Of a DNA stretch of 31,356 nucleotides, positions 7,943 through 18,005 are shown one piece after another (position 1 is the first letter of the stretch; each line of letters opens with the position of its first letter). Source of the stretch: Deltaproteobacteria bacterium TL4. Lineage in GTDB: Bacteria > SAR324 > NAC60-12. Location: assembly GCA_051382335.1 (NCBI GenBank), contig JBBCAX010000123.1:1-31356 (forward strand), written 5' to 3'. The notes beneath the pieces were generated by a model. That model saw nothing but the letters and a program-made list of their open reading frames with translations. It was not told the origin of the DNA and did not search any database. The translations under genes were made by a program, and so were the position numbers.

Positions 7943-8980
7943 TTATTTTGGTGTTTTTTTCAAGTATTTCTGAATCAGCTCCTCAAACTTTTCTGGCGGT
8001 TGTGCTCCTGAGAGCAACTCCCCTTTAACGATTCCTGCTTTGCTGTCATATCTCCCGATAATAAACCCTGGCGTCCCGTTAATTCCCAAGGCTTGGCCAT
8101 CGTTGATATCTTTGTTCACACGGTCGCGATAGGTTTCTTTCTCCAAACACTGATCAAATTTTTCCAGATTTTGGACCTTGATTTGACGTGCGTATTTTTT
8201 CAAATCGTCGGGAAGCTGCGCTCTCTGATTGTCGAAAAGAATGGAATGCAATTCTCCAAACTTTCCCTGTTCTCCCGCGCATTCCGCGGCAATAGCCGCT
8301 TCATCCGCTTCTTTGTGAAAGGGCAGAGGAAAGTGACGATATCCAAAAGCGACCTCATTCTTATATTTCTGGATGATCTCCCGAAGTGTTGTTTGAACAC
8401 GGGAACAGTAAGGACACTGGTAATCGGAAAACTCAAGCACCATGACTGACGCTTTAGGGGTGCCTCTCAAATAACTCGTTTTCGCGCCAGCCTCCATCAG
8501 ATACTCTGTCGGAGGTTCAAGATAGGATTTAAGCCACCCTTTTTGCACGGCCAGGCGATACTGGAGGTACAGGTGTTCTGCCTGATATTGCTGCTCCATA
8601 TAGGTTCGGATTTGATCTTTGTATTGCTCCAGCGGGCCTCTGTTCTTCAAATTGTTTTTCTCATAGAACAATTTGACGTCCTCATCACTGACACTCACTT
8701 GAGCTATCGGTTTGATCTCCGGGTGTTTCTTTGCCAGTTGTCCGATTGAATATTGCATCAAACTTTCGTTAAGTGTATTATAAAGACTTTCCGCCGCGTC
8801 GTAGATGGGTTTATTCACAACATCTTCCAGCATCACCGCTTTACCATCTATCTCTCCGATAAGGGGATTACGCGAATATTTGCTTGATTCCTGGGCGCCT
8901 GTGTTTGAGTTAATAAACAGACATCCCAAGATCGTCATACCGATAAACTGTAACCACAAACCCTTTATTTTTGACCGCAT
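7943..8980 (-). CDS. Exported DsbA-family thioredoxin-fold oxidoreductase with an N-terminal helical extension
   Basis: EFSDYQCPYC, YRHFPL and GINGTP motifs; signal-like N-terminus. ATG 8980 has an AAGGAG RBS (ORF-track start is 9001). Confidence 0.88.
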   Translation of the reverse strand: MRSKIKGLWLQFIGMTILGCLFINSNTGAQESSKYSRNPLIGEIDGKAVMLEDVVNKPIYDAAESLYNTLNESLMQYSIGQLAKKHPEIKPIAQVSVSDEDVKLFYEKNNLKNRGPLEQYKDQIRTYMEQQYQAEHLYLQYRLAVQKGWLKSYLEPPTEYLMEAGAKTSYLRGTPKASVMVLEFSDYQCPYCSRVQTTLREIIQKYKNEVAFGYRHFPLPFHKEADEAAIAAECAGEQGKFGELHSILFDNQRAQLPDDLKKYARQIKVQNLEKFDQCLEKETYRDRVNKDINDGQALGINGTPGFIIGRYDSKAGIVKGELLSGAQPPEKFEELIQKYLKKTPK

Positions 8981-9007
8981 TATCTCGCTCCTTTGTTTCA
9001 TAATATA

Positions 9008-9226
9008 TATAGCTGTCCAGGAAAGTTTTTTCCCTGGGAGCGAGGGCCTCTTGCCCTCACCGGAGGGCGGGACGCCCTCGTTCCCAGGACAAAACTTATC
9101 TTGATATATAGTGTTTCAGAAAAGTCTTTTGGGCTGGGAGCGCAGGCGTCCCGCCTGCTTTTGCGGGCAAGATTCCCGCGTTCCCAGGAACGATTTATCT
9201 GAAAGTCTATAGATGTTCAGATAAAT
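9008..9226. mobile_element. Tandem MITE-like units with TATAG-starting inverted ends, each enclosing a CTGGGAGCG..CGTTCCCAGG REP-like doublet
   Basis: Cores at 9033-9088 and 9134-9188. Unit 2 ends TATAGTGTTTCAGAAAAGTC (9107-9126) and GATTTATCTGAAAGTCTATA (9192-9211) match 16/20 inverted. Unit 1 ends are more degenerate. A further end starts back-to-back at 9208. Confidence 0.7.
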
Positions 9227-9277
9227 TGGAGCAAAGGTAGCATTGCTTTTTTCGATTGTAAAGACACTCTTGGGATT

Positions 9278-9796
9278 TTAGCTCATTTTCAGCGATTCGG
9301 AGAGTTTTTGGAGAATCGCCTCTAACGACTGGCCGGAACACTTAAGCTGGATATCGGCATAACGCTGATAGAGCGGTACTCTTTCTTGATAAAGATCGAT
9401 TAAGGATTGTTCCGGTAAGCGGACGATACCTCGTTGGGTAAAATTATCTAAGCGGGTTTTGAGTTCAGAAAGTTCAACCTCCAAATAAACCAGAGTTCCG
9501 ATTTCGCTTAAATGGAGCATTCCTTGCTCACTGTAAACGACGCTGCCTCCCGTCGCAATGACATAGCCTGTGCAATCTAAAGCCAGTAAGATCGTTTCTT
9601 CAATTTTCCTGAAGGCCCAATAACCTTCCTGATCAAAGACTTGCTGCAGAGGGAGGCCCTGACGAGCTTCAATCAATTGATCCGTATCAACATAGTTCCA
9701 GGCTCTCTTTTCAGCAAACTTGTTCGCAATCGTGGTTTTTCCCGCGCCAGGCATCCCAATCAATATAATGTTTCGTCGTTTTTCCATAATTCTCAC
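9278..9796 (-). CDS. aroK: Shikimate kinase
   Basis: LIGMPGAGKT Walker A, DTD, FRKIE, ATGGS and LYQER motifs. Confidence 0.92.
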   Translation of the reverse strand: MRIMEKRRNIILIGMPGAGKTTIANKFAEKRAWNYVDTDQLIEARQGLPLQQVFDQEGYWAFRKIEETILLALDCTGYVIATGGSVVYSEQGMLHLSEIGTLVYLEVELSELKTRLDNFTQRGIVRLPEQSLIDLYQERVPLYQRYADIQLKCSGQSLEAILQKLSESLKMS

Positions 9797-9940
9797 CGAA
9801 TATTCCTTCAGTCGGATCTCTAGGCGACACTTTAAAATATCAACTCCAAGGGCTCCTTCTGAAAACTGATAACGCCTGAGTTCCCTTATAACAAAGTTTG
9901 ATCACTCCTGAAAGTCCTCATTGGAAATACTTCAAAAAAC

Positions 9941-9969
9941 TTGTATTTATGACTCTCTTGTTTTATCCT
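9941..9969 (+). promoter_or_regulatory. Candidate sigma70 promoter for pyrG
   Basis: TTGTAT, 17-nt spacer, TATCCT upstream of pyrG. Confidence 0.4.
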
Positions 9970-10035
9970 GCGCCTTCGACAAAATTAAGGTACCAATAAG
10001 GATTATTTCATCTTGAAGCACATGGGAGTTTGGGC

Positions 10036-11634
10036 ATGCAGACCAAGTACATTTTTATCACAGGAGGAGTGGTTTCCGGCTTAGGAAAAGGAATTGCTGC
10101 CGCCTCCATTGGCGCATTATTGGAAAGCCGTGGGATGAACGTCAGTTTAATGAAACTGGATCCGTACATCAACATCGACGCCGGAACAATGAACCCTTTT
10201 CAGCATGGAGAAGTTTTCGTCACTCATGATGGTGCGGAGACCGATTTGGATTTAGGGCATTATGAGCGTTATACCAATGCGGTTCTCGGTAGAAAACACA
10301 ACTGTACCACGGGGCAAATCTATGACACGGTGCTTCGTAAAGAACGAGCCGGAGAATATTTGGGACGTACAGTTCAGGTCGTTCCGCATGTGATTGATGA
10401 GATCAAAGATCGTATTTTGGAAGCCTCCAAGAATGCCGATATTTTCATTGTTGAAATTGGAGGCACTGTTGGAGATATTGAATCCTTACCTTTTTTGGAA
10501 GCGATTCGACAGTTTCGTCATACGATTGGACAGGAAAACGCGATCTTTGTTCACTTGACCATGATCCTGTTTGTCAACGATGATGAAATGAAAACCAAAC
10601 CCACACAGCACAGTGTTGGCAAATTACGTGAAATTGGGATTCAACCTGATATTCTGATGTGCCGAACCAAAAAACCAATGCCGAATGAAGTCAAAAAGAA
10701 AATTGCGCTGTTTACCAATGTCAAGGAGGAGGCGGTCATCAATGGGTTGGATGTGGAGTCTGTTTATGAAGTTCCCTTATATCTACACCAGGAAAAGATT
10801 GATGATTTGATTGTGAACCACCTTCGAATGTGGACTGCACGGCCCAAATTACAAGAGTGGGCTGATATTGTAGACCGCTTCAAAAACCCTGTGGATCAAG
10901 TCACAATAGCCTTCGTCGGTAAATATGTGGAACACCGGGATTCTTATGAAAGTTTGAACGAAGCCCTGATTCATGGGGGGATTGCCAATAAATTGAGAGT
11001 GAATCTGAAGTACGTGCTTGCCGAAGACATTGAAAGGGATGGGGCGGAAAGACATCTGATCGGAGTTCAGGGGATACTGGTGGCTCCTGGTTTTGGAGAA
11101 CGGGGAAGTGAAGGCAAAATTTCAGCGGTTCACTATGCGAGAGTGAAAAAAATTCCATTTTTTGGGATTTGCCTGGGAATGCAGATGGCCATTATTGAGT
11201 TTGCCAGAAATGTCGCGAAAATTTCAAAGGCCAACTCCGGAGAATTTTCCACAGGCAATCCGCACAATGTTGTGGATTTGATGCCTGATCAACGAGGGCG
11301 TCAGGAAACAGGTGGCACGATGCGTCTTGGCGCATATCCTGCGACGTTGAAAGATGGCTCTCTGATTGCATCTCTTTATGGAACCACAAAAATTGTTGAA
11401 CGACACCGGCATCGCTATGAGGTGATGAATTCGTTTATCCCTCAACTTGAAGAAGCCGGTATGGTGATTTCTGGACGCAATGAGGAACGGAATTTAGTAG
11501 AAACAATTGAGATTAAAGACCATCCTTGGTTTATAGGCTGTCAGTACCATCCTGAATTACAATCGAAACCATTGCGCCCTCATCCTTTGTTTTCTTCTTT
11601 TATCGCGGCAACGTTTCGCTATAAGGAAGCATAA
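10036..11634 (+). CDS. pyrG: CTP synthase
   Basis: [43 protein letters not shown] and YHPE motifs. ATG 10036 follows a GGAG RBS. Confidence 0.98.
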   Translation: MQTKYIFITGGVVSGLGKGIAAASIGALLESRGMNVSLMKLDPYINIDAGTMNPFQHGEVFVTHDGAETDLDLGHYERYTNAVLGRKHNCTTGQIYDTVLRKERAGEYLGRTVQVVPHVIDEIKDRILEASKNADIFIVEIGGTVGDIESLPFLEAIRQFRHTIGQENAIFVHLTMILFVNDDEMKTKPTQHSVGKLREIGIQPDILMCRTKKPMPNEVKKKIALFTNVKEEAVINGLDVESVYEVPLYLHQEKIDDLIVNHLRMWTARPKLQEWADIVDRFKNPVDQVTIAFVGKYVEHRDSYESLNEALIHGGIANKLRVNLKYVLAEDIERDGAERHLIGVQGILVAPGFGERGSEGKISAVHYARVKKIPFFGICLGMQMAIIEFARNVAKISKANSGEFSTGNPHNVVDLMPDQRGRQETGGTMRLGAYPATLKDGSLIASLYGTTKIVERHRHRYEVMNSFIPQLEEAGMVISGRNEERNLVETIEIKDHPWFIGCQYHPELQSKPLRPHPLFSSFIAATFRYKEA

Positions 11635-11656
11635 TTTTTGGAAGAGAAGAACCCAC

Positions 11657-13900
11657 GTGATAAAGCATGCTTTTTCTGATCAGGTTTTGATTGTTTCTTT
11701 TTTTGGGGATCAGCGTCGGAGGTGTTTTAAAAGCTTGCTGGTCATGTTGTTTTTGATGTTTTTTGCCACGACTTTGATTTCTGCGCAGTCCAGTAATCCT
11801 CCCACCCCTGAGAAGTATAAGATTACTCGAAATACGTTAGCTCAGCTTCAGCAAGAGGCTGTTCCTTTCCCCATTATCGGGGCGTTGCAAGCCATTCTCA
11901 ACCAGGTGTTCGCAACACGGGAAGCGTTCTTGCTCACCTTACAGAAACTTCCCATCGCACCGATTCCCGCTCAGCACCGTGATTTAATTTTACGGCATGC
12001 TCTTTTAGACAAGTTACAAATACGGTCTAAGGAGTTTTCAGGAAATTTAGCGCAGGGGGAGGTGATTTTCAAGGGAGAGGTTGTGGGGCAAATGCCTAAA
12101 GAGGATCTCCATTTTTGGGCCTCAAAACTTCGCATCCTGAACGGAGGTGGCGATAATTATGAAAAAATTTTTGCGGAGGGCAATGTTAAACTCCAACAAT
12201 TTAATCAAAATGCTGAAGCGGACTATGTCGTCTACTCTCAACTAGAGCAGCATTTACAACTGGAGGGGAATGTTCGCATCAAAACCCCGAGAAGCCTGGT
12301 TATGGGCACTCATGCCTCCATCGATGGGGTGAAACAATTTGCTTTTATTCAATCGCCTCCCAATCCTCATACCGAAGAACGGGTGAAACTGTTATTTTTC
12401 TTGAGTAATGTTTCAGCTCCCCGTTCGAAATCTCCCTTGATTTTTCCAATTCTGGGCCCTGTCTCAACGTCTTTTGTGCCGTTGAGGTTTTCTGAGGAAG
12501 TCCTCGAGCAAGTTCATATTGAGCACTTTTTCCCTTCAGATGTTTTTTCTAAATTTGAAACATTAAAAAAACAAACCTATTCCAACAGGCATCAAATGAC
12601 CCTCGCTTTAGAAAAAACCATCGGCATAGAAAGGACGTTTCGATATAAAACCGCACTGATAAAACTCTCGGAAGTTCCGCCCTATGAACTGACGTCAGAA
12701 GTTCTTCAACGGTTGAAGGAACAGAAAACACCTGAAGATTTACGGCTTCCCTTAGAAAAACTCAGTCATCGCGTGTTTCCTTCAATAACGGAGCTTAGCA
12801 ACGCCTTGCAATCCCTGGAAATCCCTCAATATCACAAGTTTCACGCTCTGATTGCGCGCTTGGCTCAAAAGCAGCCTGGCATGAAATTGACCGATTTGTC
12901 CTTCACTAAATTAACACGACCTCAACTTTCGAATGAGGTTATTACTAAACTTAGATATCTTTTGAACAAGAAATATGATTCCAGAGGCCAATTTATTGAA
13001 ACGTTGAATAACACCTTGGGCAAAGAGCTGACAGAACGCCATCAAGTTCGATTATTCCAGGAAGTCGCTGGTCCACCTTACCTGCTCAACAATGTCCATC
13101 TTCTCCGTTTATCGGAACATCCATTGCCTGAAGCCATCCTCTCGAAATTGCGTGTTTTGAAAGATCAGCTCTTTCAATCTGAAGAGGACCTGCTGAAATC
13201 TTTAGAGTATCATTTGGGCTGGGATGGCGCACAGCTTTATCAAACTCAGATCCTCAGTCAAACAGAACCTGCGTCTTATAGAATCTCCGAGTACGCGCTT
13301 GCCCGCTTGGAACAGGAAGGACTTCCCTTTCCGGTAGTCTCGCAGTTAGAACACCTTCAAAACCAGGACTATCGCACAGAAAAGGAATTTATTCAGGTTC
13401 TTAAAGCCACCTTGGGAACAGAAGTGAGCACCCTCTATCAAACCTTTTTATTGAAATATTGTTCTTCTTTCGCACCACAAGGCAGTTTGGTGTCCATTCA
13501 AGCGCAACGTATTACCTTGGACGCTGCCAGGAATGCGGCTCAATTTGAAGGACAAGTGGAAATGGAACGCTTTCAGGAACAAATGTATTTAAAAGCGGAG
13601 AAAATTGTTTTGTACACGGATGCGCAACAAACACTTAAATCCGCTCAAGCGCAACATGCCGTTTGTCTTGAGCAACCAGACCGTATCGCCAAAGCCGAGC
13701 GGGCTGTTTTTGATGAAGTCCGCCAAATCATTCAACTGGAAGGCAACGCAGAAGTTCATACGGGGCAGTATAACCTGAAAGGGAATACGATCCATCTGTT
13801 TATGGATGTCAAAGAAGGTGAAGCTCAGGGCGATAATAAATCACCCATCATGGTCACTTATTTTCCAACACTACAACCTCCTCCATTTCAATGCCGATGA
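11657..13900 (+). CDS. Exported LptA/OstA-like beta-jellyroll protein with six helical repeats
   Basis: Hydrophobic signal region; two OstA-like segments (VIFKGEV..AEGNVKL..LQLEGNVRI and AQFEGQVEM..IQLEGNAEV..LKGNTI) interleaved with ~65-aa repeats. It sits right after pyrG. Confidence 0.7.
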   Translation: MIKHAFSDQVLIVSFFGDQRRRCFKSLLVMLFLMFFATTLISAQSSNPPTPEKYKITRNTLAQLQQEAVPFPIIGALQAILNQVFATREAFLLTLQKLPIAPIPAQHRDLILRHALLDKLQIRSKEFSGNLAQGEVIFKGEVVGQMPKEDLHFWASKLRILNGGGDNYEKIFAEGNVKLQQFNQNAEADYVVYSQLEQHLQLEGNVRIKTPRSLVMGTHASIDGVKQFAFIQSPPNPHTEERVKLLFFLSNVSAPRSKSPLIFPILGPVSTSFVPLRFSEEVLEQVHIEHFFPSDVFSKFETLKKQTYSNRHQMTLALEKTIGIERTFRYKTALIKLSEVPPYELTSEVLQRLKEQKTPEDLRLPLEKLSHRVFPSITELSNALQSLEIPQYHKFHALIARLAQKQPGMKLTDLSFTKLTRPQLSNEVITKLRYLLNKKYDSRGQFIETLNNTLGKELTERHQVRLFQEVAGPPYLLNNVHLLRLSEHPLPEAILSKLRVLKDQLFQSEEDLLKSLEYHLGWDGAQLYQTQILSQTEPASYRISEYALARLEQEGLPFPVVSQLEHLQNQDYRTEKEFIQVLKATLGTEVSTLYQTFLLKYCSSFAPQGSLVSIQAQRITLDAARNAAQFEGQVEMERFQEQMYLKAEKIVLYTDAQQTLKSAQAQHAVCLEQPDRIAKAERAVFDEVRQIIQLEGNAEVHTGQYNLKGNTIHLFMDVKEGEAQGDNKSPIMVTYFPTLQPPPFQCR

Positions 13901-14331
13901 AAGTAGGAAGCAATACGGTCAACCCCAAAGCCGGGGAAGCCAAAGTTAACAAGAAACCTCAGTTAGCGATTGAGGCCGCGTTTAAAAAGAAGCGCTCCGG
14001 GCTTGAGGTGTATATTGAGAAGTATGGTCGCGGTGAGAAACTCGAAAAAGGTTCCAAGGTCAAAGTTCATTATGAAGGATGGCTTGCGAAAGACTACAAA
14101 CTTTTTGATAGCAGTCGGCAAAAAAAACGTCCGTTTGAATTTGTCTTGGGAGAAGATCAGGTCATCAAAGGCTGGGACGAGGCTTTAGAGGGGATCCCTG
14201 TAGGAACAAAAATGCAGATTAAAATTCCGGCGGCACTGGCCTATGGGGCACAAAGCACCGGAGAGATTCCTCCGAATTCCGATTTAATTTTCAAAATTGA
14301 AGTGTTGCGAGCATCAGGAACCACTAAGTGA
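13897..14331 (+). CDS. FKBP-type peptidyl-prolyl cis-trans isomerase
   Basis: VKVHYEGWL, FDSS, VIKGWDEAL, LAYG and IPPNSDLIF motifs. ATGA overlap with the upstream stop. Confidence 0.93.
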   Translation: MKVGSNTVNPKAGEAKVNKKPQLAIEAAFKKKRSGLEVYIEKYGRGEKLEKGSKVKVHYEGWLAKDYKLFDSSRQKKRPFEFVLGEDQVIKGWDEALEGIPVGTKMQIKIPAALAYGAQSTGEIPPNSDLIFKIEVLRASGTTK

Positions 14332-14397
14332 ATTTTCTGGCTCTATCGATGTTTCCACGAATGATGGCCTCTTCGTCCTGCCTGATGAAAGTAAGTG

Positions 14398-14521
14398 ATG
14401 TAGGGTGTGCTTAAGCGAAGCGAGCGCACCAGAAAGCTTGCTGTCCCCTTATTTTTGGTGCGCTCGCTTCGCTTAAGCGGCACCCTACTTAGGCCCAACT
14501 TCTATTCCCGGACAGCCTCCT
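14398..14521. mobile_element. Second, inverted copy of the TIR+REP element, with one TIR missing
   Basis: Reverse complement matches 197-320 with six substitutions by my count. It lies between the convergent FKBP and rlmB genes. Confidence 0.85.
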
Positions 14522-14536
14522 GTTGCTTTGGAAATC

Positions 14537-15307
14537 TTAAAGGGACAGTTGATATAACGCGATGGCGGCAGCATTGCTTACATTCAAGGAACCCACTTCA
14601 GGACTGCCCGCGATACGAATCAACCAATCACACGTCGAACGAACCAAAGGCCGTAGTCCCTTGCCTTCATTTCCTAAAACAAGGATTAACGGCTGCTCTC
14701 GACGCATGTTTTTTAGATCCTGATCCCCTTCACCGTCCAGGCCGACAATCCAATAATTGTTTTTCTTTTGTTCTTCTAAATATCGGGAAAGGTTAGGCAC
14801 AACAACGACAGGAAAGTTTTCCACTACACCCGCGGAGGTTTTTGAAACGGTTGACGTAATGCCACAGAAATGATCTCGACCAACAACAACCCCTGAGGCC
14901 TTAAAAAATCCACAACTTCGGATGATTGCCCCTAAATTATGAGGATCCTCAACCTGATCCAAGGCCAGAAACAAAGGAAAGTTTTGCGCCTGTGGTTTCT
15001 GTAACAGGGAAGGATCCGATAAAGGCAACGGGCCACATTGCAGTAGCACTCCCTGATGGGTCACGTCAGGGCAATGATTATCTATTTCATCCTTTGTCAA
15101 AAAGGCGACGGGAACATTTATTTCTGATGCCAGTTGTTTCAACTCCTGGCTTCGTTTGGAAGGCATCGTCTCTTGCTTCAGAAATAATTTGTATAATGTT
15201 CGTCGTTGATGAATCAAGGCTTGTTGTACAGGAATCAGCCCATAGAGGTAGTCTTGAGAAGAAGCTTTTGAGCTTGTGTTATGATGAATCCGTTTTCTTG
15301 TGTTCAT
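14537..15307 (-). CDS. rlmB: 23S rRNA (Gm2251) 2'-O-methyltransferase, TrmH/SpoU family
   Basis: HQGV, LDQVEDPHNLGAIIRS, LGNEGKGLR and SLNVSNA motifs. Confidence 0.93.
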   Translation of the reverse strand: MNTRKRIHHNTSSKASSQDYLYGLIPVQQALIHQRRTLYKLFLKQETMPSKRSQELKQLASEINVPVAFLTKDEIDNHCPDVTHQGVLLQCGPLPLSDPSLLQKPQAQNFPLFLALDQVEDPHNLGAIIRSCGFFKASGVVVGRDHFCGITSTVSKTSAGVVENFPVVVVPNLSRYLEEQKKNNYWIVGLDGEGDQDLKNMRREQPLILVLGNEGKGLRPLVRSTCDWLIRIAGSPEVGSLNVSNAAAIALYQLSL

Positions 15308-15742
15308 GATGCGTATCAGATCAGTAGGTTGGGGGATGTGTTTTGTGAAAAACGTTTTAAGAGGCAGTCAGCATAACTCGTCACTATGAGACCATAGCGA
15401 AAACGGGAGTAAATGACAATCAAGAAAAGAATCAAGGTCCTGCTTTGAAACTTGGAACCACTATCATAAAATTGCTGCATCATTTCTCCTTATTTGTTTG
15501 AAATTTAAGAAATGATATAGCCGTTACAAAAAATGGAAAGCTTCTAATTTATTTTTTTACGTTCCTAACTATATGTTGGAACCCCTTGACTTAATTCTTG
15601 ATTTCGAGGAAAACATAGGGATAAGACATCCGTACCTTTATGTGATCACCGTGTACAATGCCCGCATTCTACGTTGGAATCTCGACTGCTTGGAAGAAAA
15701 CAATTCGAAAACCTGCGAATAACTCAATTAATAGAGTCCTCT

Positions 15743-17953
15743 ATGGAACTTGCCTATGCTCATGTGATCACCCTGGTTACGGCGTTATTGTCGGGGGTGT
15801 TATTAATGATTCTTGCGCGCTATTTGAAAATACCGGCGATTGTTCCCTTGCTTCTGGGCGGAGTAATTTTAGGTCCTGAAGTGTCAGGGATCATTCATCC
15901 TGAAACCCTGGGTGCGGGGATGAGACTTCTGATCTCACTTGCTGTAGCGACCATTCTCTTTGAAGGCGGTTTGACGCTAAATCCCGCAGGTTTCAAACAG
16001 GCGTCAAACATGATTTGGCGTTTACTGACCGTAGGGGTTCTTATTACCTGGTGGGGAACGGCGCTGAGTGTTTATTTGCTGTTTAATGTCTCCGTGAATA
16101 TGGCTTTATTGACAGGGAGTTTGATTATTGTAACAGGCCCCACCGTCATCAATCCGTTACTACGACGAATCTGCATCAAAGAAAAAATTCATCATATTTT
16201 ACACTGGGAAGGCGTCTTGATCGATCCGATTGGAGTGTTCATTGCGATTTTATGTTTTGAATTATTGAGTTTAGATGCGGTTAACGCCATAGATCCTTAT
16301 CAGCAATTCCTTTATCGCATCGGTATTGGGAACTTCTTGGGGCTTGTTTTTGGAATGGTGGTGTACCAGATCTTGACTCAAAAATGGTTTCCCGAGGAAT
16401 ACGTTAACATTTTTGTACTGGCCATGGCTCTCTTCGCTTTTGGGATTTCTGATTTAATAGCCAATGAAGCAGGGTTGCTGACGGTCATTGTCATGGGATT
16501 GGTTTTGGGGATAAAAAAGCCTCCCACTTTAAAACATATTGTGCAGTTTAAATCAGAGTTAACAGAAATGAGCATTGCGGTTTTATTTGTGTTACTTGCC
16601 GCGAAACTCAAACTGCATCAATTTTTAGAGATGGGATGGGAAGGCTTCGTGTTAATCCTGATCGTTCTTTTTGTGATTCGTCCTTTAAGTATCATGATCT
16701 GCTCTTATGGCACGTCCTTATCATACAAGGAAAGAATATTTTTATCATGGATGGCACCTCGAGGAATTGTTGCCGGAGCGATGGCGTCTCTGTTTGCTTT
16801 GGAACTCAGTGTCATGGGGTATAAAAATGTAAGTTTTTTAGAAACATTTACTTTTAGTATTATTGGTGTCACCGTTTTATTTCAAGGGTTATCCGCGGGG
16901 TTTGTGGCAAAAATATTAAAGCTTAAAATCAAGGTCAAAACAGGATGGGCGATTGTCGGCGTACACGATTTTTCTAAAAAAATCGCAACATTCATTATGG
17001 AAAATACTCAGAATGTGTGCATCCTCGTTGACTCCAATGCGGCAGCCGTCCAGGAAGCACAGCATGAAGGCTACCTCGCCTTTAATGGTGATGCCCGAAT
17101 GGAAGATGCCTTGCCTCACGAAATAAGATCAACGATTGGTAATTTGCTGGTATTGACCGATAACCGGGATCTCAATCAGGTCATCAGTGGGAAATGGTCA
17201 GAGCTTCTTACTCCGGATCATATCTTTCGTTGGTCCCCGCTCAATGAAAATCAGGAAATAAAAATAGGAGGAAAGGGTATTCCAATCTGGTCGGAGTTGC
17301 CAAAACCTTCCATCGTTTCTTATCGGTTAAAAAAAAGAGAAGCTATTCTGGTGCGTGGACAATTTCAAAGTATTTCTTCCAAAATCACAACAGGGTCGGT
17401 TTTATTGGCCTTTGCCGCAGAACAGAATATTTTTGTGCACACCCTCCCCTTGGAAAATCAATTACAGGGGAACGTGGTGCTGTTCCAGGAACGGGCACAT
17501 CATTTGCCCTTTTTTATTCATACTTCCCATGTTCTGGATCTCCAGGTTGCTGACGCTCAAACTTTATTAATGATTCTGCTTCGTGAAGCGACTAACAGCC
17601 ACCCTGAATTACCTTATGAAAAATTATTAAACGCGTTGATTGAACGTGAAACAACCTTTCCAACGGTATTGCCTAATCATGTGGCGATTCCACATGCTTA
17701 TTCTTCAACCTTAAAAGAACCGCTATGTATGATTGCACGCGTACCTCAGGGGATCAATTGGTTTGGGGATTCCAATGAAAATTATAAACTCATTTTCCTG
17801 CTGCTTAGTTCTGAAAAAGACCCGGAACTTCATTTAATCCTCCTGGCGGAAATTGCGAAACTGACCTCTAATCCTGAAACCGTAAAACAATTGACCGTAG
17901 CGAAAACACCTGAAGATGTGATTGAATGTTTGAAAAAATTTGAAGCCGAATGA
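15743..17953 (+). CDS. NhaP-type (CPA1) cation:proton antiporter fused to a TrkA-N-like and a PTS EIIA domain
   Basis: ILFEGGL, TGPTVI, WEGVLIDPIG and APRGIVA motifs; AIVG..VDSN..GDA Rossmann-like part; RE..FPT...VAIPHA EIIA motif. ATG 15743 chosen; the ORF track starts at 15674. Confidence 0.9.
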   Translation: MELAYAHVITLVTALLSGVLLMILARYLKIPAIVPLLLGGVILGPEVSGIIHPETLGAGMRLLISLAVATILFEGGLTLNPAGFKQASNMIWRLLTVGVLITWWGTALSVYLLFNVSVNMALLTGSLIIVTGPTVINPLLRRICIKEKIHHILHWEGVLIDPIGVFIAILCFELLSLDAVNAIDPYQQFLYRIGIGNFLGLVFGMVVYQILTQKWFPEEYVNIFVLAMALFAFGISDLIANEAGLLTVIVMGLVLGIKKPPTLKHIVQFKSELTEMSIAVLFVLLAAKLKLHQFLEMGWEGFVLILIVLFVIRPLSIMICSYGTSLSYKERIFLSWMAPRGIVAGAMASLFALELSVMGYKNVSFLETFTFSIIGVTVLFQGLSAGFVAKILKLKIKVKTGWAIVGVHDFSKKIATFIMENTQNVCILVDSNAAAVQEAQHEGYLAFNGDARMEDALPHEIRSTIGNLLVLTDNRDLNQVISGKWSELLTPDHIFRWSPLNENQEIKIGGKGIPIWSELPKPSIVSYRLKKREAILVRGQFQSISSKITTGSVLLAFAAEQNIFVHTLPLENQLQGNVVLFQERAHHLPFFIHTSHVLDLQVADAQTLLMILLREATNSHPELPYEKLLNALIERETTFPTVLPNHVAIPHAYSSTLKEPLCMIARVPQGINWFGDSNENYKLIFLLLSSEKDPELHLILLAEIAKLTSNPETVKQLTVAKTPEDVIECLKKFEAE

Positions 17954-18005
17954 AAAACGGATTCTCACGCATGCTTCGCTGACCGAATACTCAAGGGAAC
18001 TAAAC

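Noticed and set aside
8805..9202. Short plus-strand ORFs of 99 and 69 aa
   Set aside because: They read through the GC-rich REP/MITE array and antisense dsbA.
14381..14440. CTGATGA as a possible hammerhead ribozyme core
   Set aside because: No stem II-GAAA or stems I/III could be formed around it.
14407..14796. 129-aa plus-strand ORF
   Set aside because: It starts inside the REP palindrome and runs antisense into rlmB; a shadow ORF.
15515..15573. TATAG...CTATA-bounded segment as another MITE
   Set aside because: The inverted match beyond TATAG is too weak.
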